Shown here in pieces: positions 12,642 to 25,200 of a stretch of 64,000 bases of DNA (positions are counted from its first letter, which is position 1; each line of letters starts with the position of its first letter). The translations under genes were made by a program, and so were the position numbers. The stretch is taken from contig NC_069009.1 of NCBI RefSeq assembly GCF_001194135.2, forward strand, positions 9,605,452-9,669,451. Reading direction: 5' to 3'. Source of the DNA: Octopus bimaculoides (lineage: Eukaryota). Under the pieces are notes generated by a model. It searched no databases and had not been told where the DNA came from. It saw only the letters and a list, made by a program, of their open reading frames with translations.

Positions 12642-13388
12642 GGAGGTAAAGGACATGGACTGCACCTCCTTTCGGTACTTTTTTTTTTATACAGAAACCC
12701 ACTTTTTTAACTGTGGAGATTCTGAATCTGCAAAAAAAAAATCGGCATTTGAAAATTTTGGAATTAAGAGATAAAAATTAGTTTTGCACACATACATGAC
12801 AACAAAATGACATTTTTAAAGATTTTTTCCTTTTTTGGTAATTCATATTTAGAAAGTAGATCTTTGGTTTGGCTGTTGTTTCTAGATTTTTGGACTTTCT
12901 GGTTGGAGCGTACTTAAACATTGAAGATTTTGAAAACCCCAAAAACACGTTTTCAGAATTTTGATTTTCCCCCTCTCCACCCCCTCTGGCAAAGAAAGAA
13001 AAAGGAGATGGGGAAATTAAAATTTTGAAAACATGATTTGTCGTCTAGCTGCTGTTTCTAGCATGTCAAGTTTTCTGTTTAGATACTTTTTATGTTTGCT
13101 ATTTTAGTAGGAGGGAAGGGGTGTTTATTTATTTATTTATTTTTTTGAAAAATTGAAATTTTACAAATTTTTTTTTTCAGAGTCATAATCTCCATATTTT
13201 CCTACATATTTCATGAAAGAAATTTTTTAAAAATTGCAGGGGGTGGGGGGGCAAAATTTTCAAATGCCAATTTTTTTTTTTTTTTTTGCAGATTTGGAAT
13301 CTCCACAGTCAAAATGGTGGGTTTCTGTAGAAAAAAAACAAAAAATAAAACCCAAAAGGTGGGGGTGCAGTCCATGTCCTTTACTTCC
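12642..13388. mobile_element. Foldback/MITE-like element with long imperfect terminal inverted repeats
   Basis: Left 'ggaggtaaaggacatggactgcacc' matches the reverse complement of right 'ggtgcagtccatgtcctttacttcc' at 24/25. Imperfect complementarity continues for more than 100 bp, and there is an internal IR around 12950-13032. Confidence 0.75.
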
Positions 13389-13662
13389 GCCTGTGTGTAT
13401 ATATTATAATTTCAAATATTTGTTAAATAGAAAATGAAAATGAATGAAATATATATATTAATATATTTTCCATAGGTGCAACAGCATGGCCATGATCTAA
13501 TGAATAAAACAGTCAATTGACTGCGGCCATGTTGGAGCACTGCCTTTAGTTGNNNNNNNNNNNNNNNNNNNNNNNNNNNNNNNNNNNNNNNNNNNNNNNN
13601 NNNNNNNNNNNNNNNNNNNNNNNNNNNNNNNNNTATATATATATATATATACATATACATAT

Positions 13663-13696
<34 letters not shown>

Positions 13697-14269
13697 GATG
13701 GTCTTCTTTCAGTTTCCGTCTACCAAATCCACTCACAAGGCTTTGGTCGGCCCAAGGCTATAGTAGAAGACACTTGCCCAAGGTGCCACGCAGTGGGACT
13801 GAAGCCGGAACCATGTTGATGTTAAGCCACGCCTGCCCTATTTATATATATATGTATCTTTTACATGTTGTAGACATTAGATTGTGGCCATGCTAGGGTA
13901 CTGCCATGAAGGGTTTTAACCAAATTGACCTCAGTACTAATATCATGAAGTAATAACATGGTCAGCATCCAACAAACTATGGAAAATCTGGAAAGCAACA
14001 TAATTGTCATGTGACCTAACACTACACCTGTTTCATGCTACAATCACTAGACAACACAAACACTTGATTTCTGCACAAGGCCTTTAACATGTTTCATGCC
14101 TGCCATAATCAAACAAGTCACAATATGGATCTAGACAACCCATCAACTAAACCCTTAAACAAAAATGGCTGGAATTTGCAGATCACTGTTTTCATCAAAC
14201 AGCTCAATCTGATACTACTTTTTCTCTATAACCCTCTGGGGAATGTTCAAGCCCGATAGTAAGGTTTGA

Positions 14270-14525
14270 ACACAGAACTGTGTACTGTCTCAGAGTTGGC
14301 AGATGCGATGTCTTATCACAAGGCCAGTATTGCAGTGATGATGAAATTTTGACAAATGGGATGAAAGATGCTTCACCAATGGAATCCAAGCTCCAAGGAC
14401 TATGACACAAATAGAAGAAATGTATGGACCGTAAAGATGACTATGTTGAAAAATGAACCTCATATGGTCACATTCCATGAGAGTACGTTGGTCAGCCTAC
14501 AAACCTTTCAACCATCCCTCATATA
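14270..14525 (+). mobile_element. mariner transposase 3'-end relic
   Basis: Broken translation DERCFTNGIQA...KKCMDRKDDYVEK* matches the typical mariner C-terminus (GI..L..RW.KC....GDYVEK). Confidence 0.6.
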
Positions 14526-14959
14526 ATTCATCATCATTTAACATTTTTTTTCCATGTCTGCCTGGTTGGATAGTTTGACAAGAAGACAACCCAGAGCACA
14601 AAATTCTATGTCAGCTTTGACATGATTTCTACAGTTGGATGTATATATGTGTGTGTGTGTACTGAACTACAAAAGAAACGTCGCACTGTAAAAGATAGTT
14701 TCACGCACAATATTGAGATTATATGGATTTTATCACATTTTTAGGTAATTTGATATCGAGAAGATGTCACTAAACCACAACATCACTCTTTTGAAAACAC
14801 AAGGATTGCATGTAGGGTTCGAACTTGCTCACTTTTCATGAACATGGTAATGCTTTCAAGCACATCTTAATGCAAAGCATGATGCACATGCAAAACATTG
14901 AATCATTGGGTATAAAAGGTACCCAAATTTACCAGCCTGTCGTTCATCTCCCGAATAAC

Positions 14960-15930
14960 ACAAGACTGACATGAAATCAGAGGGAGGAAGCCATCAGACA
15001 TTTCTTTGCTGGTCAACGTCCATGGGTTGAACTGCAGTATTCGGACAATTGTGCAGCTGAAGGAATGATACAATGCCACAAACAGCACAGATGATTGTCC
15101 ACGCAGTGGCTGACCGAGGGTTACAACAGCACATCAAGATCACCACCTAAACTGACAGGACCAATTCCGGAGGGCAATGGAATCAGCAAGGGACTCACCA
15201 CAGACCCGTTTGTGCAGAGACAGTTCACTGGCGGCTGAGATCTTTCAATCTGTCTTGTTGACGTCCAGCTAGAGACCCCCATCCTCACAGATCGTCATCG
15301 ACTGGCACATCTGCAGTGAGATTAAAAACATCAGAACTGGCGATATCAGCAGTGGAGGACTGCAGTCTTCTCTGACGAAAGTCGATATTGCATTTCTGTG
15401 CCAGATGGCAGAGCTAGGGTTTGGAGAAGTAGGGGTGAACGTCATGCTGATGGCTGTGTGGTGGAGAGAAACTCATGGGGAGGACAGAGCATCATGGTAT
15501 GGGGTAGGATTGCACTCAGCCAGAAACCACTGACCTCCCAAAGCATCAGCCAAGGCCAGGACAATGGTGTAACCGCTGCTTGCTACATTGACCAAGTGTT
15601 GAGACCTCGCATTGTGCCATGCTTTGCCCATCATCGGAATCACGACCCCATGCCCATACTGCCAGGTTGACAACAGACTTCCTCCAACAGCACAACATCC
15701 AGACACTGTCATGGCCTGCCCTAAGTCCAGACTTGAACCCCATAGAGCACCTGTGGGATGCAATCCAAACAAAGCTAAATGACATCCGTCTAAGGGCGAC
15801 AACTCACTGCAAATTTTAACAGAGCATGGGCTGCTATCCCCATAGTCTTCATCAATCGTTGGGCGCATTTAATGTAGAGATGCCTGACAGTAATCAATGC
15901 TAACGGTGGTCACACGAGATATTGAGTTCA
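14960..15930 (+). mobile_element. Tc1-family DD34E transposase pseudogene
   Basis: DDCPRSG.PRVTT, WRTAVFSDESR, IMVWG, RPHAHTARLTTDFLQQHNIQTLSWPALSPDLNPIEHLW. The QDNA segment carrying the second catalytic Asp appears deleted; stops and frameshifts present. Confidence 0.9.
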
Positions 15931-17399
15931 CCTCTTTGGATCCAGAAACATTCCGTCATCACGTGAAGCCATGTGACATCAAACATGTCTAGTTCACACT
16001 AGATATGAAACCAAAGGATTTTTCTAAACTATTACGTTATATATACAAATATATATATTGTTATTCCATTGTAATGCTTTGAATTCAAAGGACTAGCCTT
16101 ATCACATTCTGTGTCACACTGAATCTCCCTGAAAACTAATGTAAGGGTACATGTATCTTTGGAGGAGTACTCATCCAATTTCGTGTCAATTTCACTCGGC
16201 TGTTCTGTTGATTGGATCAACTGGAACCCTTGTCCTCCTAACCAACAGTGCCAGGTGGTCCAGTCTCTCTTTTTTCTTTTTTTATTCATAGCTATTCTTT
16301 TTAGCCCTAATCCCACCTTTTTTCCATCCAGGTTGCTTGACTGTCTCAAGTGAGGGATACAGTTTATGTTATCCATAATTTTCTAACAGGTAGTAGAAGT
16401 ATCGACCCTTTAGTATTTAAACCAGTTATTTTCAGCCAAATTATCCTGTTTTATGCTTAAGCTGGCCAAACATGGCCTCTCCCACCAACCTTACATCACT
16501 CTAATAATTAATAGTTAGCTCATCAAAATCTCAAAACGACAAGATGTGTGATTAATTCAAAGCGATGTGAATAAATAAGCATTACATTTGACAGAGTAAT
16601 CTGAATGCTGTAGGGTTAAATAATTGAATATAATAAGTGCAAGTGTAGCTTATGGTAAGAAACTTGCTTCCCAACCACTTCGTTTCAGGCTCAGTCCCGG
16701 TGTGAAACACTGAGTATTTTCTATGCCCTCAGGCCAACCAAAACATTGAGTGGATTTGGTGAACCAAAACTGAAAGAAGCTTGTTATGTGTGTGAATATG
16801 TCTTTCTCTCTCTGCTTGTCCCCCACCACCACTTGACTGACAACTGCTGTTGGTGTGTTTACATTCCCATAACCTAGCAATTCAGCAAAAGAGACCCAAT
16901 AGAAAAATTACAAGGCTTAAAAAATAAGTCTTGGGGTTGATTTGTTCGACTAAAACCGTTCAAGGTGGTGCCCCAGCACGGCTGCAGTCAAATAAACAAG
17001 TAAAAGATAAAAGATTATGATTCAAATCATGCTGGGGCACCACCGAGAAGAGTTATTAGGCAAATGAATTGACCCCAGTATTTTTTTGGGGGGGGGGTCA
17101 AACTATTAAGTTACAGGGACATAAACACATCAACACTGGTTGTCAAGTGGTGATGGGAGGGGCAAAGACAGACACATATATATACAATGGCCTTCTTTCA
17201 GTTTCCTTCTACGAAATCCACTCACAAGGCTTTGATTAACCCAAGACACTTGCTCAATGTATCATACACTGAACCCAGAACCATGTGGTTGGGAAGCAAA
17301 CTTCTTACCACACAGCCATGCCTGCACCTATGCTATCTAAAAAGTTTGTCAGTTTCATGTCTCAGCAGACAAAATGGAAAAGGCATTGCCCAACAGGAT

Positions 17400-17720
17400 T
17401 GCAAGGAAGGTGTGCTGGAACAGTCACTTTTCACAAGTGGGGCTCATCATCTCCACCCCAGTACCAGTGAGGATGGATGTAGTCTAGTTGGGCAGAGAAT
17501 GCCAGAGGCCTTCACTGCCACAGGTTCAACCACAAACATGTCAGAGAGCAGATGAAAGTTTGCCTGGGCTGGCAGCGAAACAAACCAAGTTGCTACCGGA
17601 AGTGTCACAACGTGGAACCCAGAGGGAGGGTGAAGGCATTCCACCACAGAACCAGGCGGAATTAAGGATAAAGGCAACTGGTCTTCATTTAGAGACATCC
17701 AACATACTTTCAAAATCCCA
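17400..17720 (+). mobile_element. Highly decayed RTE-like LINE ORF2 C-terminal relic
   Basis: SR*KFAWAG...VTTWNPEGG*R resembles the R..L.FAGH...W.P.GG.R.RG motif of RTE C-termini. Confidence 0.4.
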
Positions 17721-18196
17721 GCATTAAGTGGAGATTCTTGAACCAACATCCTGATTACTCTGGGCTAAGAATTAACCCCACCATTACCATATTTCTTTTG
17801 AAATATACTGCCTTTCTTTCAACTAATTTGAACATAGTGAATTTATTGAAATAACTGTCATTATTCAAGTGGTGTTTGGGATAAAATTTTGATGGCAGGT
17901 TTTAATTTAAATCAACTTTAATCCTCCTTACCATATTTCTGTTCACTGGTTTTGTTTCAATTTTTTAATTAATGAAGAATTCACCAAAATAGAATTGTGG
18001 TTATAAGCTGGTGTCTGCAACAAATTTACATGCAATTTTTTAATTTAGCTCACATATCGAACCACTTTGTTTCCATATCTATTGAAATACACTGCCTTTA
18101 TTTCAATTTATTTTGAAAACAATGATGAATTCAGTAAAATAACTGTGGCAAACCAGGACCAGTTTCAGTCCTGTCTATATGAAAAAAACTTTAGAT

Positions 18197-18990
18197 CAGG
18201 GGCCGGGGAACTTTTTTTTTAGCCAATTACTTCCCAAAATATATTTACACTGATGTCACCACCTTGATTTGAAAGGAATTTTTTTTTTTTAAATTCAAAA
18301 GGTTTATTGAATCTATTATAAATATAAAAAGTATATTGTTTCATAAATATAAAAGCATTTTGAATCTATTATAAGTACGAAAAGCATAAAACAAATACCA
18401 TCATTAAACTTAAAGATTTTTCTAGAAACTTTTTCACTTCAGGTTCTGAAGAAATGTTTCACTTTTGTTACAATTACATCAAAATTGGGGCATTTTGATG
18501 CCAGAAATACTTGGACACAATCTTTGGGGTCCAATCGATTTTTCTTTATGTTCATTAGAGTGGAAAATCTTTGTTTGCAAAATGCAACAACTTTTTGATC
18601 ACCTCCTCATGCTATTTTGAAAACCTTTGCAGCAGTTAACATCCAAAAATGTGACATGCTTTTTTTTCAAACTCATTGTAGCTTTCTTATAGGATTGAAG
18701 TTCAAAAGTGTCTCTGTCAACCCTTGAGGCTCTTCTGGAACATCAACAATTTCACATTTAAAGGGACATACAACTTGACAGTATGTGAATCAAGATCTGG
18801 AAAACAATCAGAGAAGCACTCTTTGAATTTGTTGAGATGCCTTATAACTGCATCCTTGATGTCAAAGCTTTCAAAAAAAAATAAAGCTAATTTTGAAATG
18901 GCAACTTTTTGTTTTCTGCCTCCAATATAAAAGCTTTTACTTGTCTAGTGAGTCTGATTACCTCCAAGCATTTCGTTTTTAATCCACTTT
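18197..18990 (-). mobile_element. hAT (Charlie/Buster-type) transposase C-terminal relic with terminal repeat
   Basis: Manual minus-strand translation: IKDAVIRHLNKFKECFSDCFPDLD, CPFKCEIVDVPEEP, SMSHFWMLTAAKVFKIA and CKQRFSTLMNIKKNRLD (hAT dimerisation region). A CAGGGG-type end lies at about 18197. Confidence 0.8.
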
Positions 18991-20892
18991 CAGTAATATA
19001 ACCAAGTTTGCTGACCTGTTTTAGGTTATATTACAGTAAGTACCCAGTTATTAAACAGCTCATGTGGGTTTCAGTCTTGCTCAATTTTATTTTATATGTC
19101 ACAGGTGGAGGTGCACAGCTGAGTAGTTTAGAGTGGTGGATTCGTGAATGTAAGATATCCATTTCAGTTCAACTGGGCAATGTGGTGTGCTCTCGAGCAA
19201 AACACATCACTTCACATTGCTCCACTCCACCCATCTGGCAAAAATGAATAATGATGCAACAGACCAGTATCCTGTCTAGAGAAGAAAATATACAACAGAA
19301 ACCAGATCACAGGTGCCTGGAACTACAAATTGGTTTCCACTGCATGGAAACTGCACCTGGTGCCATCTATGACGGACACTAGGAGTAAGAAACACTAGAT
19401 GTGGAAGTTCCTCTTAACATTTCTGACAAGGTCTCAGTGTAGTGTTCAATGCCAACATTCGTAAAGCCATCCAATTCCCATCAGTTTATCGATGAGGAGC
19501 CAAGTTATCTCCCGTCCATTTGTGCAGTAATTGTAAACCAATTCACCATGGAAGCAAAACACCCAAACCTTACCTTTTCTTTCTGTTACCTGTCCCAGTC
19601 ATTAGACTGCAGCCATGCTAGAGCACCACCTTGAAGAATTTTTACTTGAATGAATGGACCACAATATTTCTGTTTTCTTTAAACCCTTGTACTTATATTG
19701 GTATCTTTTGCAGAACCATTATATTAGGGGGGTGGTGTAAAGACATATATAATCACACAACTGTTTTTCAGTTTCCATCAACAAAATCCACTATCAAAGT
19801 TATAGAAGATACTTGCCCAAGATGTCAGGCAGTGGAGAAGGAAAACTTCTTACCACACAGCCAAGCTGCTTACAAGTGCTGACCCCACCATCATCACTGT
19901 TTTAACACTCACTTTTGAAGTAAATCAGATTCTCTTCACTGAGATAACCTTCCTGTCACCAACCTCACCTGTTTCCAAGGAAGAGATTTCCTCATAACCA
20001 GCCATTTCACAGTGGACTTGACAAGACAAAGCGCTGTGAAGTTGCTTGTTCAGGTAAACTACATTTCTCATTTCAAACTTAAACCAAAGGTCAGGATGAG
20101 GTCAAACACATCTCATCTCTGAAGTCAATGTAATTCAATATGCATATCTATATTCTTTTCATTTATTTGAATGCGGCCATGCTGGAGCACTGCCTTTAGT
20201 TAAACAAATCAACCCCAGCACTTATTCTATTGCTGTCTTTTGATGATCTAAGTTACAAGGATGTAAACACACATGTGTGTATATATATATATGTGTATAT
20301 TCACACACGACAGGATTTTCAGTTTTCATCTACCAAATTCACTTGCAAGTCCTTGTCAGCTGGAAGCTATAGTTGAGGACACTTGCCCAAGGTGCTCCAC
20401 AGTGGGACTGAATCAGGAACCATGTGGTTGGTAAGCAAGCTACTTACCACACAGCCACTCCTGTGTCTAAATGTGTATAATACATCTATGCACAGACACA
20501 TTTAATGTCCAAGCTGGCAAACTGAGCGGCTGCACCAGACTGATTTGGCATGATTTCTACAGTTGGATGTCCTTCCTAATGACACCCAGTGTGTGATGGG
20601 TGCTTTTTACATGCCAGTTGTGACATTGGCATGCACCCCTCAACCCCCAAATGAACTACGATTTCACTTGGCTTGATGGGTCTTCTCAAGCATAGCATAT
20701 TGCCAAAGTTCTCAGTCACCAGTCATTGCCTCCATGTGGCCCCGAACTTTCAAATATCATGCTTTGCCACATGTCTTCCTTTGGTCTACTTCCATCACAG
20801 GTTCCCTCCGCAGTTAGAGATTGGCACTACATTACACAGCTGGCCTCGTTCACAAGCATCACATGACCACACCCCTAATACTCACGCAGTGT

Positions 20893-21180
20893 AGTGAAGG
20901 TGCATGATTCAGTGGTTAGAACGTCAGGCTCACAATCATGAAGTTGTGTGCTCAATTCCTGGACCAGGCTATGTGTTATGTTCTGGAGCAAGATCCTTTG
21001 CTTCACGTTGCTCCAGTTCACTCAGCTGTAGAAATGAATTGCAATTTCAGTGGTGCCAAGCTGTATCAGCTTTTGCCCTTCCCTTTGGAGAGTGGCATGG
21101 GGAGGGGAGGCTGGTATGCATGGGTAACTGCTAGTCTTCCATAAACAACCTTGCCTGGACTTGTACCTCAGAGCAGCAAT
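20893..21180 (+). mobile_element. tRNA-derived SINE (family D)
   Basis: tRNA-like head 'tgcatgattcagtggttagaacgtc...ctcaattcctgg' plus conserved core 'gttctggagcaag...gctccagttcactcagctg'. Related copy at about 31905-32080. Confidence 0.7.
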
Positions 21181-21298
21181 CCCATTGTCATTAATTACTT
21201 GAAAGGGGTCTTTACTCTTTACATAGAGAGAGAGTACAATAGCTTTCTCTAAGTTTCTGTGTATCAATTCAACTTTCATTTATACATACATACATATA

Positions 21299-21750
21299 TA
21301 TATATTTGTAAATATAATTAAGGGATCAGCAAATATTTGCTTCACCGGAATATTATTCGTCCATGCTTACACAGTTTGCTAGCATAGTCAAATTTACTAC
21401 TGGAATACAGTATTGATGAAGGAAATTGATTATTAATCATAATCCAGGAAAGCGTCTACTGTTAAACGTCGGAATTGGTTAGTTTTTCATTGTTTTTTCC
21501 TTTGTGAGTTACAAATGATGCTATCTGTGGGATTCTCAGCTTTTTTAGCTGCTATTTCTGAACTTCGGTATATGGTGAAGCAAATATTTGCTGATCCCTT
21601 AATTATATTTACAAATATATACGAGCTTTTAAATAAGTTCTCCACCAATAATGGTGCTTTCATACCGATGGGCTTGGTAAAAATTATTAATTGTTAATTG
21701 ATTTATTAATTAATAAATTGATAATCCTTTACCCTTTTAATTTGTAATAC
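21299..21750 (+). mobile_element. Non-autonomous Penelope-type (pLTR-like) element with a perfect 48-bp inverted repeat and a hammerhead-like motif
   Basis: 21299-21346 is the exact reverse complement of 21574-21621. A hammerhead-like motif lies at 21407-21462, and the element is flanked by (TA)n. Confidence 0.6.
21407..21462 (+). ncRNA. Degenerate type I hammerhead ribozyme motif
   Basis: Stem I ACAGTA/TACTGT; core TTGATGA (CUGAUGA with C3U); stem II GGA/TCC plus TGATT/AATCA; GAAA; GUC cleavage triplet at 21454-21456. Confidence 0.6.
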
Positions 21751-21780
21751 ATATATATATAGATATATATACATATACAC

Positions 21781-22246
21781 AAGGGTGTGGAGTGGAGTGA
21801 AAGCATTTGAAGAGGCCAGGATGATGCAAGCAGGGCTCAAGAGATATTTAAGGAAAAATGTAAAGACTGAGAAGGTGAATGACAAGGACCTGTTTGTGTG
21901 CACAGTCTGTGACAGACCATGTCTGTCCTTGGCTGGCCTCAAATCTCACCTGCGAACCCATGGAAAACAAACCTCATCCAGCTATTCTGATTATATGTCT
22001 GTGCACACGTTTGAATGTGGTGTGTGCCAGAGGGTTTGCAAATCCAATGGGGGTCTTAAAAGACATGTTAGGATCCACAATGAGCAGAACTTACTTGCAG
22101 GTATTGGTAGTGCAAATCAGAGGTGCAATCTGTGTGGGTGTTTTTTCAAAACACTGTCTGGTTTAAAAAGTCACATCAGACGCCATGAAAGGGCTAAGGT
22201 GTAGGTGCAGGAGGTGGTCAAACTCTGTAAGGAGTAGACAACCACC
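21781..22246 (+). mobile_element. 5'-truncated RTE-type LINE end encoding three C2H2 zinc fingers, with target-site duplication
   Basis: Open frame VWSGVKAFEEARM...KR..RK (RTE ORF2 C-terminal motif), then three CxxC-x12-HxxxH fingers with GLKSH/GLKRH. Flanks 'atatacatatacac' (21767-21780) and 'atatatatatacac' (22247-22260) match at 13/14. Confidence 0.75.
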
Positions 22247-25200
22247 ATATATATATACACATTTATTTCTAACAGGCATGAAGTAGTCATGCAAATCCCC
22301 ACATGCTCTATTGACAGAAATAAAGAGAGAGAGAGAAAAAAAGAAGAAAGAAAAAACAATATGAAGCAAAATGAAATTAGGGAATCCAAATTTATTACAA
22401 AAACATTCGCCAGTGCCCTCTGCAACATTCAGGAGACAAAAAATACAAGAGAAATAGCTAAAATGTGAGTTTAAAAAAAGTGGGGAGGGGATTTGAATAA
22501 AGGGGAACAATAATGATATTTTATTAGTGATCCATGCAACATTGTTGGTTAAGGCTAATAAAAGGAGAAGGGGGAGAGAATATAAGGGTGTGCTCTAATA
22601 TCAACATTTGATGGGGAAGTAGGGGGAACAGGACAAAATTAAAACATGGGATGGGGCGGATGGAATAGCCGATGACTCGACCCCAGTACTGTCTGGTACT
22701 TTATTTTATCGACCCCTCCCAGGAAAGGATGAAAGGCAAAGTCAACCCTGGCGGGATTTTCAAACTCAGAACGTAAAGGGATGTAACCAAATACCACAAG
22801 GCACTTCGTTTGGTGCTCTATCGATTCTGGCAATCTACCGCCTGTAAAGTAATAAAAGAGCTTTTTGCTTTTTTTTCTTTTTTGGAATAGACAGATGGTG
22901 GATATTGGAAGAAGGAAAATAATAAAAATTAAAAACTACATGTGCTTATAGCTTGCTTGGAAAAAGAAAAAAAAAAACCCTAATATTCTATATAGGTACA
23001 AATCCTGCACCCTTTTTTTAATTTAAGAAAAAATTTTCAACAAGACAAATGAACAGAAAAAAAAAAGAAAAGAAAAAGTAAACAGTAACATACAACTTGA
23101 AAAAAATCCTCACACACAGGATCGAGATATTGTGGGAGTTATGAAATCCTAAACCGACCCTTTTTCTATGGGGAAATCAATGAAGATATTTATGGAGATT
23201 ATGTGTAGGTAGGTATAGAGTCAACACAAAACAGCTAAGCTAAAAAGGGGAAAAAAGAAAGAAAAAAAATCCATGTCTCCTTCGTCTTCCTAACAACTTA
23301 CAGGACAGAAAACAGATAAAAAAAAAATTAAGAACCCTAAAGCCAAACAACCGGCACAGCACAGCAAGGGTGTGTCTCACCACATACATTTACCTGGGGC
23401 CCCAAATTATCATCCCTGTTTCATAAAACCTACCTGATGCCATCATCACAAGATGGCAAATACTTCATTGCACCTAAAACACTCGTAACTCTTAGGGGCG
23501 TGCACATGTACATACATGTGGTCAGATCAATATATGCAACATTGAAATGTGGTCTTGATGTTAGTTTTTAAAGCTAGATTTAAATGGAAGCTGTTAAGAC
23601 ATCCAAAGTAAAACCAAACAAATTCTTAGAACTTTAACAGAGATGACCCTCCCACCACCTCCATTGTATGACTGAAGGTTTAAGAAAGTGTGTAACTGAT
23701 GAAGATTCTTAAGTAAAAACTGCAAAATTGCTACAAATTTGGTGCCAGATTACTATTTGAAAAGTGGCTCGAGATATTAGTGTCAATACAGTTGACAATA
23801 TTAACGGTTTTGGTGCAAGAAACCTTATATGCTCTACATTCATACAACAGGCTAGAGAGCCACCCCAGCATAATATCAGATACCCCATTCTATTTAACTA
23901 AACTGCCACCTTGTTATGGAAAAACCATGTAGAACACAGCTAGAACGACATTTCTATGAGACCAAAGTAGTCCTCATCTCACAAGAGCTACCCTACACAA
24001 GAATCTAGCATGGTGACAGCAAACCTCATCTTTATGTTTCTGTGGATACAAAGACAGCCTAGCTCACTGCCCGGTACACCCCTAGCTAATGACACCCTTC
24101 ACTGCTAAGAAAGGCTATATACAATTATACATTTATCTGAAGAGACATTCTAAACAGATATGTATAAAAAGAGATATAGGAAAAAAAAAAAAACTTGTTC
24201 AAAAGACTTAACAGTCTTATCAATAAGACTCACAAAATGGACTGGGGGTAGGTGGTGGTGCTGCTATGATGGCAATACCGAGACGCTTCTCAAACCGAAT
24301 TTAGGAACTCTTGAAAAACTGCACAAGGCACTAGTCTGATGAATTGTCAGATAAATTTGATCAACGAGAGCGACGATACTTAAAGCTGATTTATATACAA
24401 ATCTCCTCTCTTCTCCATCTCTCTCTCTCTCTCATCTTCCTTCTTTGCTGCCTATAAAAATACATCCCACCACCAGAAAACTGTGGTGGAAAATATCATA
24501 TATAATCCTTTGGTTTAGTTATTTTCTTTTTTTAAATCCTCTTTGTATGTTGTCTTCATCTTCATCTCAAACTATTCCCTCTTGCTAGTTTTCTCCCCTC
24601 TGTCTCATTACCTCCATTTCTTCGTTATTCAGTGATTTAAATTCTTCGTCTTACCTCAACTCATCTTCATTTCAAAACTTACTCCCTTCTAGTTTTCTCC
24701 CCTCCCTCTCATTAACCTCTTCTTTCCTCTTCATCGTCTTTGGTGCTGCTGTCGTCGAGGAACGGCACACGACAGTCCCCACTGTATCTACAACTCCCTA
24801 CTCCACCATACTGTTAGCTGCGACACGGATACAATCTCCCCCACCCCAAGATGCCATATCAGTGCACCGGGGCGCCTCTACCAAAAGATTCATTCACCCA
24901 CATGGTGCCACATTCATGCACCAGGGGCCTCCACCAAAATCCTCGCCCACCCCCTCAAGTGCTGAGGGAGAGGATTTTTAATGACGTTTTTCACCTCAAA
25001 AAAAATTTTAAATTGTCAACTAAAATTTCCTTATCTCCCCTCTACCTCTTACTCCCCGACTACTCCCTATGCCCCCATCTTTATCTCTTCCACCCCACCT
25101 ATCACGACCCCTACACCTCCGCCTCTATCTCTCTCCCATCTCTTTCTCTCTCTCTCTCTCTCCACCGTTAAACACATTTAAAAAAGAAAAGAAAAGAAAA

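Noticed and set aside
21785-22204. 139-aa triple C2H2 ORF as a host zinc-finger gene
   Set aside because: No ATG (GTG start at a truncation point), RTE ORF2 C-terminal motif upstream, no TGEKP linkers and flanked by a TSD. Treated as a LINE fragment.
24705-24812. Possible extra terminal coding exon (YGGVGSCRYSGDCRVPFLDD...)
   Set aside because: No polypyrimidine tract before the AG, not a CCHC knuckle, and it lies beyond a normal stop codon.
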